Below are positions 29,384 to 37,141 of a DNA stretch of 52,454 nt, piece by piece. Both the position numbers and the translations under genes were made by a program. Under the pieces are notes generated by a model. It worked only from the letters and a program-made list of their open reading frames with translations, had not been told where the DNA came from and did no database searches. Origin of the DNA: an uncultured Bacteroides sp. (GTDB lineage Bacteria > Bacteroidota > Bacteroidia > Bacteroidales > Muribaculaceae); contig CAYTXF010000004.1 of the NCBI GenBank assembly GCA_964440745.1, positions 1-52,454 on the forward strand. The letters run 5' to 3'. Within the stretch, counting starts at the first letter, position 1, and each line of letters begins with the position of its first letter.

Positions 29384-31003
29384 CTATGCCTTTTTGTGGC
29401 GGCGAGCTGTCTGGATGCATTCGCGGCGCGAGATGATCACCGAGAGGCCGGGATGCGACATTTCCTCTACGAAGAGCTGGCGCATCTCCTCATGGAGCTT
29501 GGGCAGCGAGTCGATGGTGCGCACATGCTTGGGATCAGCTCCCAGGCCGAGGCAGATCTCCTCGAGTTTGCCGGTGCCCTGCGAGTCCTGACCGCCAGTC
29601 ATGCCGGTGGTGAGGTTGTCGCTGATGATCACGGTGATGGGGCTGTCTTCGTTGATGGCGTCGAGCAGGCCGGTCATGCCCGAGTGGGTGAATGTGCTAT
29701 CGCCGATGATGGCCACAGAATTCTTAAGGCCGGCGTCGGCAGCGCCCTTGGCCATGGTGATGCTGGCTCCCATGTCCACGCAAGCGTGGATGGCGTTGAA
29801 AGGCGCCAGATAGCCCAGAGTGTAGCAGCCAATGTCGCCAAACACCTGAGTGTCTTCAAATTCCTTGATAGCCTCGTTGAGGGCGGCATACACGTCGCGG
29901 TGGCCGCAACCTTGGCACAGGGCTGGCGGACGCGGGGCCACGATTTCAGGCACTGGAACCTCCTCGATTTTCTCGAGTGCTTCGGGACGCATCTTGCGGA
30001 TGCCCTCTCTTACCAGGTCAGGATTGAGCTCGCCAGTGCGGGGAAGTTCGCCCGAGAGCTTGCCATAAATCTTGCTGTTGTCGAGGATGCCGCGCAGATG
30101 GCTTTCGATGAAGGGCTGGCCTTCTTCGATCACAAGCACCTCATCGCATTCGTCGACGAGCTTCTTGATCAGATCGGCGGGGACGGGATATTGAGAAATC
30201 TTCACCACGGGATAGGGAGTGCCTTCGGGGAAGAGCTCATTATAATAATTGTAAGCGATGCCGCTTGCGATGATTCCCAAGCGCTTGCCTTCGGGCTGGG
30301 GCTTGCCCTCGGTGTAACTATTGAAGGGCGATGAATTGGAGGCTTTGGCCAGGGCCTCGAAAGTGGCAATCAGTTGGGGATAGCGCTTGCGCGAATTTCC
30401 GGGCATGAGCACCCACTGGCGAGGCTTGGCGGGGAAGGTAAGTTCATTTTCGGGGCTTGCCTCTGTCTCTGTCTCCACCACGCCGCGGCTGTGGCTCAAG
30501 CGCGTGCATAGGCGCACCAGCACCGGGATGCCATACTGCTCTGAGAGCTCAAACCCATAGCGAGCCATGTTGTAGGCCTCCTGCTGATTGCTGGGCTCTA
30601 AGGCGGGCATCAGGGCGAAGTCGGCGTAAAAGCGTGAATCCTGCTCGTTCTGCGATGAATGCATCGAGGGATCATCGGCTGCGATTACGAGAAAACCGCC
30701 GTTGGCACCGGTGAATGCTGAATTGACGAATGGATCGGCTGCTACGTTGAGGCCGACATGCTTCATGGAAACCATCGAGCGCTTGCCGCAATACGACATG
30801 CCCAGAGCTGACTCGAGAGCTGTCTTTTCATTGCTGCTCCAATGGCTGTGGATTTTGCGTTCGCGAGCAATCGGGTTTGCTTGCACGAACTCAAGGATTT
30901 CAGTTGAGGGTGTGCCTGGATAGGCGTATGCTCCTGAAAGACCTGCATTGATGGCCCCTAATGCCAGGGCTTCATCACCGAGTAGGAGTGCTTTTGTTTT
31001 CAT
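29384..31003 (-). CDS. iorA: Indolepyruvate:ferredoxin oxidoreductase alpha subunit
   Basis: YPGTPSTE, NEKTA, MKHVGLNVAAD, SSQNEQD, PPALCQGCGHR, GDIGCY, GDSTFTHSG, MTGGQ. Confidence 0.93.
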   Translation of the reverse strand: MKTKALLLGDEALALGAINAGLSGAYAYPGTPSTEILEFVQANPIARERKIHSHWSSNEKTALESALGMSYCGKRSMVSMKHVGLNVAADPFVNSAFTGANGGFLVIAADDPSMHSSQNEQDSRFYADFALMPALEPSNQQEAYNMARYGFELSEQYGIPVLVRLCTRLSHSRGVVETETEASPENELTFPAKPRQWVLMPGNSRKRYPQLIATFEALAKASNSSPFNSYTEGKPQPEGKRLGIIASGIAYNYYNELFPEGTPYPVVKISQYPVPADLIKKLVDECDEVLVIEEGQPFIESHLRGILDNSKIYGKLSGELPRTGELNPDLVREGIRKMRPEALEKIEEVPVPEIVAPRPPALCQGCGHRDVYAALNEAIKEFEDTQVFGDIGCYTLGYLAPFNAIHACVDMGASITMAKGAADAGLKNSVAIIGDSTFTHSGMTGLLDAINEDSPITVIISDNLTTGMTGGQDSQGTGKLEEICLGLGADPKHVRTIDSLPKLHEEMRQLFVEEMSHPGLSVIISRRECIQTARRHKKA

Positions 31004-31085
31004 GGTTATTTACGTTTTGGTACGCAAATATACAATGAAAATCGTTAAAATGAAAGTTTTTTAACCAAAAAAATTGGTCAAAAAC

Positions 31086-31126
31086 GAACTTTTTCTTACA
31101 ATCCGAAAGATTGTAAGAAAAAGTTC
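31086..31126. terminator. Perfect 18-bp AT-rich inverted repeat between GH2 and iorA
   Basis: GAACTTTTTCTTACAATC-CGAAA-GATTGTAAGAAAAAGTTC; could be a terminator or an operator. Confidence 0.5.
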
Positions 31127-31194
31127 AGATTTTGTAACAAATTGTAGCTATTTTGAAAAAAGCAATTTTGACGCGAAATGCTCTGCTCATGCGA

Positions 31195-33627
31195 TCATTT
31201 TACTGTCACGGTTGCCGTGGCCGGTTTCACGCCGGGGGCAGTCACAGTGAGGGTGAGCACTCCGGGGTCGGTGGCGCGGGCTATGGCGGTGGCTGCGCCG
31301 CTGAAGAGCTTCATCTCAGGATTCTGGAAAGGAAGCACGCAGGTGGCGTCGCCATTGGCTGTGGCCTCGAAGACTCCCGAGCCGGTCACCTTGAATTTCA
31401 CCATGCGCTCATCGGTGGGCACCGGATTGCCGTCCTTGTCTTCAACGGTGATAGTGAAGTATACAAGTTCGTCGCCTCCGCTTTCCACTTCGGTGCGGTT
31501 AGGGGTTGCCACCAGGTGGTGGGCCTTTCCGGCTGTGCGCATGATCTTTTCTGCTGCCGGGTTGCCTTGGGCGTCGTAAGCGACTACCTTAACCTCGCCG
31601 GGCTCGTAGACAGTCTCATTCCACATCAGGCGGAAACGGTTCATGACCGTTGAGTCGTTGAATTCGCGAGTGCCCTGGCTCTTGCCATTGATGAAGACTT
31701 CTGCCTTGGGGAAGGTTGTGTACACGAATATGGGAGTAACCTCGCCTTCGCGTCCGGGCCAATTCCAATGAGGCAGCACATGCAGAGTCTCATCCTCCTT
31801 GTTCCATTGGCTGCGATAGAGATAGTAGCGGTCCTTGGGCAGAGAGGCAAGGTCGATGATGCCGAAATAACTGCTGTGGCTTGGCCAAGCGTCGGTGTCG
31901 TAGGGGGTGGGCTCGCCCAGATAGTCAAAGCCGGTCCACACGAATTGACCGATTACATATGGGAGGTCTTCATCAGCGGCAAAGTCAACATCGGGGATGT
32001 TGCTCCAGTAGCAGGCTTCCACGTCGTAACTGCTGCTCTGCTTGTCGGGATGAAGCACTGCCTCTTTCTCAATCACCTCAACCGGGAAATAGTATTTTCC
32101 GCGTGATGACACCGTGGATGCGGTCTCAGAGCCTAATATGATCTGCTGGGGCAGCATGTCATAGGCTTTTTCGTAGTATTGCGGCTTGTAATTGAAGCCG
32201 GGAATTTCCACAGTGGCGGCAAAGCCATTGTCGAGGATGGAGTTGATCTGGTCCATGCCGTTGGTAATGGGCCGGGTGGGGTCAAGGCTGTGGATGAGGT
32301 TCTGGAGCATCTCAAGCTCTTCGATGCCGACAGGGCCCCATTGGCTGGGCACTTCGTTGCCGCTGCTCCACATCACTACGGCTGGCGAGTTGCGGTAGTG
32401 CTTTACCATGTTGGTGACGTCCTTTTCAGCCCATTCGGGGAAGAATTTGCCATAGCCGTTGGGGCTCTTGGGGCGGAAGCCCCAGTCGTCGAAAGGCTCA
32501 AGCATCATCATCAGGCCCATTTCCTCGCAGAGTTCTACCAGCTCGGGAGCGGGCATGTTGTGGCTTGTGCGGATGGCATTCACGCCCATATCCTTGAGGA
32601 GTTCGAGCTGATAGCGCAGAGCCGACTTGTTGACGGCAGCGCCAAGCGGGCCCAGGTCGTGGTGGTTGCACACGCCCTGGAATTTCACTGGCTTGCCATT
32701 GAGGAAGAAGCCTTTCTGGGGTATGTATTCAATGCTGCGGATGCCAAAGCGGGTGTCGTAGGTGTCGACTGCTTTGCCGTCGAGCGAGAGCGTAGTGCGG
32801 GCGGTGTACAAGGCTGGATTGTTGAGGTCCCATAACTCGGGATTGGGAATGATGAAATTCTGCACGGCTTCCTGGCCGCGAGCTACATAGGCTGAGGTGT
32901 TATGCGCCACCTCCTGGCCCTGAGGGTTGTAGATCACCGTGGAGATGTCGAGCTTGTCGCCATAGGGCCACTCTTCCATCTGGCGTGCGCCCTCGATGTC
33001 GATAGTCAGTTTTACAGTAGCGTAATCATCCTTGATAATGGGAGTGGTGACCCATGTGCCCCACACCGGGATGTGGACCTTGTTGGTGGTGACCAGGTGC
33101 ACATTGCGGTAAAGACCCGCTCCGGGATACCAGCGCGAGGCTTGCTCGTAATTCTCGAGATCCACCTCGATGAGGTTATCGCCAGGGACAGCAGCATCGT
33201 CGATGTTTACGTAAAATGAATTATAGCCATAGGGCCAATAGGCAAGTTCTTTGCCATTGACTTTGACTTTGGCATGGCTCATGGCTCCATCGAAGATCAA
33301 GGTATGGCTAAGGCCTGCGGTATCGGGGAGGTTGACGGTGGTGCGGTAACTGCCTTTTCCGATGAAGGGAAGGCCGCCAGTGCGCCCTGTCTTAGTGGTG
33401 GCTTCGGTTTCGCCGTTTTGCTCAACGGCCACGACCTGCAGGTCGTTGTTGATGTCGAAGGGTCCGTAAATGGCCCAGTCATGAGGGATGGTCACGCTTT
33501 GCCATTGGGTAGTGGGCGTGGGCTCGCCTTTGGTGAATTCCCATTGGCGGATTGTCTGCTCGCTGCGCTGGGCCGAGGCGCAGAGTGCGATTGCGCCAAC
33601 GGCCAGAAGTAAGAGTTTTCTATTCAT
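31195..33627 (-). CDS. Glycoside hydrolase family 2 (beta-galactosidase-like)
   Basis: Signal peptide, IPHDW, WYPGAGLYR, GVCNHHD, IRTSHN, WSSGNE, SET, WTGFDYLGEP. Confidence 0.93.
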   Translation of the reverse strand: MNRKLLLLAVGAIALCASAQRSEQTIRQWEFTKGEPTPTTQWQSVTIPHDWAIYGPFDINNDLQVVAVEQNGETEATTKTGRTGGLPFIGKGSYRTTVNLPDTAGLSHTLIFDGAMSHAKVKVNGKELAYWPYGYNSFYVNIDDAAVPGDNLIEVDLENYEQASRWYPGAGLYRNVHLVTTNKVHIPVWGTWVTTPIIKDDYATVKLTIDIEGARQMEEWPYGDKLDISTVIYNPQGQEVAHNTSAYVARGQEAVQNFIIPNPELWDLNNPALYTARTTLSLDGKAVDTYDTRFGIRSIEYIPQKGFFLNGKPVKFQGVCNHHDLGPLGAAVNKSALRYQLELLKDMGVNAIRTSHNMPAPELVELCEEMGLMMMLEPFDDWGFRPKSPNGYGKFFPEWAEKDVTNMVKHYRNSPAVVMWSSGNEVPSQWGPVGIEELEMLQNLIHSLDPTRPITNGMDQINSILDNGFAATVEIPGFNYKPQYYEKAYDMLPQQIILGSETASTVSSRGKYYFPVEVIEKEAVLHPDKQSSSYDVEACYWSNIPDVDFAADEDLPYVIGQFVWTGFDYLGEPTPYDTDAWPSHSSYFGIIDLASLPKDRYYLYRSQWNKEDETLHVLPHWNWPGREGEVTPIFVYTTFPKAEVFINGKSQGTREFNDSTVMNRFRLMWNETVYEPGEVKVVAYDAQGNPAAEKIMRTAGKAHHLVATPNRTEVESGGDELVYFTITVEDKDGNPVPTDERMVKFKVTGSGVFEATANGDATCVLPFQNPEMKLFSGAATAIARATDPGVLTLTVTAPGVKPATATVTVK

Positions 33628-33636
33628 TGTATTTTA

Positions 33637-33676
33637 AGGTGTGGTTAGTCTAATGACATTAGGTGTGGTTAGTCTA
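33637..33676. repeat. 16-bp direct repeat in the GH2 5' UTR
   Basis: AGGTGTGGTTAGTCTA at 33637 and 33661 (24-bp period); -7 element TAATTTTG at 33692-33699 (minus). Confidence 0.75.
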
Positions 33677-33801
33677 TTGGCAAGTATTCGACAAAATTAC
33701 AAAAAAACTATATACCTAAAACAATATATTTTCAAAAAAAGAAACAATTTCAAAAATTATTGCTAATTTTGTGGGTGAAAAGCTGACAAAACATTAGAAT
33801 A

Positions 33802-33951
33802 ATGGCTGACAACTATTTGGAAAGGAGGGAGGCCGAGCGGCAAGAGCGGCTTCAGGCAAAGGCTCGAGAAAAAGCCAAAGCCTGGAAGAAGCGCCTGGCG
33901 CAGTATGCAGCCCAGCTTAAAGAGAAGAAAGAGGGAAAGAACGACTCATAA
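33802..33951 (+). CDS. Small charged helical protein (49 aa, MADNYLE-type)
   Basis: Manual translation MADNYLERREAERQERLQAKAREKAKAWKKRLAQYAAQLKEKKEGKNDS*; TAATTTTG -7 element at 33764-33771; below the track cutoff. Confidence 0.7.
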   Translation: MADNYLERREAERQERLQAKAREKAKAWKKRLAQYAAQLKEKKEGKNDS

Positions 33952-34009
33952 CATAAGTAACTGAGAAAGAAAGAGGAAAAAATGACTAAATCAATAAAAT
34001 AAAGAATTA

Positions 34010-35272
34010 ATGAAATCCTACGTCAACTATCTTTTTGCTGCCTTGATGGCAGCGGCAGCTACCGGCTGCGCAAAATCCCAGGAGAGCCCCACAGAGGAAC
34101 TGGGTCCTGAAGCATTCGTAAGAGTGGAGGGTGAATACCTGATTGAGCCTAATGGCGACACTCTCTTCATCCAAGGCACAAACCTTGGCAACTGGCTCAA
34201 TCCCGAAGGATACATGTTCGGGTTGCGACGCACCAACTCGCCCCGCATGATCAACGACATGATCTGCCAAATGGTAGGTCCCGATGAGGCCCGCGCCTTT
34301 TGGCAGCAATTCAAGGACAACTACATCACTCGCAAGGATGTGGAATTCATAGCCCAGCAGGGCGCCAACACCATCCGATTGCCTTTCCATTACAAACTCT
34401 TCACCAATGAGGATTACATGGGGATGAACAATCCGCAGGAAGGGTTCGCACGCATCGACTCGGTAGTAGAATGGTGCCGCGACAACAATCTATATCTTAT
34501 CCTCGACATGCATGATGCCCCCGGCGGACAGACTGGCGACAACATTGACGACAGTTACGGATATCCCTGGCTTCTTGAAAGCGAACCATCGCAACAGCAA
34601 TTCTGCGACATATGGCAGCAGATCGCAGCGCACTACGTCAACGAGCCTGTAATCTTAGGCTATGAATTGATCAACGAGCCCATTGCCCCGTATTTCGAAA
34701 ATATGGACGACCTCAACACAAAGCTTGAGCCGCTTCACAAGAAAGCCGTGGCCGCTATCCGCGAAAAAGACAAAAACCATATTATCCTGCTGGGTGGCGC
34801 GCAGTGGAATGGCAACTTCGAGCCATTCACCGACTGGGGCTATGATGACAAGATCATGTACACTTGCCATCGCTACGGCAGCGAACCCACAAAGGATGCC
34901 ATACAGAACATCATTGATTTCCGCGACAAGAGCGGCCTCCCCATGTACATGGGTGAAATCGGACACAACACCGACGAGTGGCAAGAGGCTTTCTGCCGCA
35001 CAATGATCGACAATAACATTGGCTACACATTCTGGCCTTATAAGAAGATCCACGGATCGTCGATGGTGGGCGTCAATCCACCTGAGCAGTGGGGAGAAGT
35101 CATCATAAAGTTCTCAGAGGCACCCCGAGGCTCATACCAGGAGATACGCGACGCGCGCCCCGACCCGGCCTTGGCAAAGCAGCTCCTATGGGCTTATCTC
35201 GACAGTTGCCAGTTGCAGAATTGCACCCCTCAGCAAGGATATATCAATTCCCTGCTTTTCAATAAGAAATAA
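34010..35272 (+). CDS. Glycoside hydrolase family 5 lipoprotein
   Basis: Lipobox ATGC, NLGNWL.PEGYM, IRLPFHY, LDMHDAPGGQ, ELINEP (acid/base), MGEIG (nucleophile). Confidence 0.92.
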   Translation: MKSYVNYLFAALMAAAATGCAKSQESPTEELGPEAFVRVEGEYLIEPNGDTLFIQGTNLGNWLNPEGYMFGLRRTNSPRMINDMICQMVGPDEARAFWQQFKDNYITRKDVEFIAQQGANTIRLPFHYKLFTNEDYMGMNNPQEGFARIDSVVEWCRDNNLYLILDMHDAPGGQTGDNIDDSYGYPWLLESEPSQQQFCDIWQQIAAHYVNEPVILGYELINEPIAPYFENMDDLNTKLEPLHKKAVAAIREKDKNHIILLGGAQWNGNFEPFTDWGYDDKIMYTCHRYGSEPTKDAIQNIIDFRDKSGLPMYMGEIGHNTDEWQEAFCRTMIDNNIGYTFWPYKKIHGSSMVGVNPPEQWGEVIIKFSEAPRGSYQEIRDARPDPALAKQLLWAYLDSCQLQNCTPQQGYINSLLFNKK

Positions 35273-35310
35273 AAGAAGCTCACCACGGCAGCTGCCGTGG
35301 TGAACTTCTT
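35273..35310. terminator. Bidirectional terminator
   Basis: AAGAAGCTCACCACGGCAGCTGCCGTGGTGAACTTCTT palindrome between convergent genes. Confidence 0.75.
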
Positions 35311-35326
35311 TCAAATGGTGGTGTAA

Positions 35327-36994
35327 TTATTCCATGAACATTTTTACGCGATTCCATTGACCGTCGATGGCGTCGGGGATGAAATCCTCAGATTCGGGCA
35401 ACTTAAACTTTGCCCAGATTGAATCTGACCATATGAATGGCAGACCATCAATATAGGGGGTGCCAAATTTCATCCAGAATGACACTTGCTTGCCATCGCG
35501 AGCGGGCTTCATCGAGAGGTTGGCCAGCACCTCGCGGATCTCCTTGGTGCCGAATGCCTTGCCATCGATGGCGCCATGGGGATGGTAGGCCATGAATTCT
35601 GATGTGCCGAAGGCTTTGTCCCAGCGTCCAGCGATGGAGATAGGCTCCAGGCTTTCGTTGTAGGTAATCAGATTCTTAGCATCATCCATAGTGCGCACAT
35701 TGGGAATGTATCGCCACAGTTGATAGCGGCGCTTAGGCGTCACAGGCATGCATTCCAGTTCGCGCCAAATGCGCTTGTAGGTAGGGATGTTGCATCCCAG
35801 CACATGGCGCTCTGTAATCATATGGTGATCCCAATCAAGGAAGTTGGGAACATAGCCTGTAGAATCGGTGCATGTAAGTTTTTCGCCGTCGCTGCGGAAG
35901 AATGCGAAGCGGGCATAACTCATGTCGATCATGGCAAACTCATTCTTATAGGCGTCCACAATCATGTAGGCATTAAGATAAGTGCCAGTGTTGTCGATGG
36001 TGATGTAATCGTAGAATTCATCGATGCTCTTGGCATAATGCTCGGCGGCAGCGGCGCGCCATGTCAGCCAGATGCCCAGAGTCTTTGACTCGTTGTAGAA
36101 ATAACCCTCGGTGGTCTCATTGAAACCGATGCCATGGCCGTTGAAGCCAAAGTCGGTATTCGAACCGAATTGACCGGGAGAGAAGGAGTTCTGGGTAATG
36201 AAATCGCTGCCTATTACATATGTGATGGCGCAGCTCTGAGCGAAGTCGCAGCACCAACTGGTGTGAGTCCATAGCATCTCGCCATCGTCGAGCATCTTTA
36301 CGAAGCCCGAGCAGTGGTTGGCATGCCATTTCTTAGCCAGATCGTCTTTGAGTTCCTGCTTTTCTTCCTGTAAGGTATGCTCTTGCACATCCTGCTCAAG
36401 TTGGTTGAGGGCCACGCCGAGCTGGTTGCCAATGGCATCCCACAGATCCATCTGGGCATTGATGAAATAGATGTCGATAAAGGTCAGAGGCTCGTTGCCC
36501 ACATGCATTTTCGAATCATCGGGGTCCATGTTTGACAGCTTGAGATCGCCGAATTTCACCGCAGTGAGAGGTTCCTTATCGACTGCCCCATGGTAGATGC
36601 CGAGCATGCGGTACATAAGACGCACAATGCCCTGGGTCTTGACATCGTCCAGGTTCTTCTCGGCCCACTCGGTAAGATATTTATAGTTGTCAACCAGGGC
36701 TTTCTGAGCCATCTCCACACCATGAGGAGGAATATCGACTGAGTTGCAGCCGGGGCCTTGATCGAGCACATACCAGCGCCAGGTGTTGTTGCGCGTGGCG
36801 AGGATCATCTTGTTGGTTTGGACTTTTCCTTGGGCATAGCCAGCATTGTATTCATTTTGGAAGATGCTGACCGACGGATCCTGGGCATAGACTGCGAAGT
36901 TCCAGTTGTTGTCGATGCATTGAGCGAAAGCGCGGGTGTATTTATTCATTACATATTCGCTTGGCTCAGTATTCTTAAAGCATGGTTGGTACAT
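35327..36994 (-). CDS. Phospholipase B-like (PLBD-type) N-terminal nucleophile hydrolase
   Basis: Collinear motifs HCSGFVK (Cys228), THTSW, SFSPG..SNTDF, NETT, W.TWRA..A, NTGTYLNAYMIVD, CNIP, TYN, ISIAGRWD, GAIDGK; no signal peptide visible. Confidence 0.75.
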   Translation of the reverse strand: MYQPCFKNTEPSEYVMNKYTRAFAQCIDNNWNFAVYAQDPSVSIFQNEYNAGYAQGKVQTNKMILATRNNTWRWYVLDQGPGCNSVDIPPHGVEMAQKALVDNYKYLTEWAEKNLDDVKTQGIVRLMYRMLGIYHGAVDKEPLTAVKFGDLKLSNMDPDDSKMHVGNEPLTFIDIYFINAQMDLWDAIGNQLGVALNQLEQDVQEHTLQEEKQELKDDLAKKWHANHCSGFVKMLDDGEMLWTHTSWCCDFAQSCAITYVIGSDFITQNSFSPGQFGSNTDFGFNGHGIGFNETTEGYFYNESKTLGIWLTWRAAAAEHYAKSIDEFYDYITIDNTGTYLNAYMIVDAYKNEFAMIDMSYARFAFFRSDGEKLTCTDSTGYVPNFLDWDHHMITERHVLGCNIPTYKRIWRELECMPVTPKRRYQLWRYIPNVRTMDDAKNLITYNESLEPISIAGRWDKAFGTSEFMAYHPHGAIDGKAFGTKEIREVLANLSMKPARDGKQVSFWMKFGTPYIDGLPFIWSDSIWAKFKLPESEDFIPDAIDGQWNRVKMFME

Positions 36995-37082
36995 GGTAGG
37001 AGAGTATTATATACATTGAATTTTGGTATGAATTAATAACAACCACGCTCAAAGAAAGGTTTCAATAACGTCGGTAAAGAAG

Positions 37083-37123
37083 AAAAAATCGCCACGGGGC
37101 TCCAAACCCCCCGTGGCGATTTT
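37083..37123 (-). terminator. Terminator of the DUF4861-GH51 operon
   Basis: AAAATCGCCACGGGG ... CCCCGTGGCGATTTT with a T-run on the minus strand. Confidence 0.75.
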
Positions 37124-37141
37124 GTGGCGATTTCTACGGCG

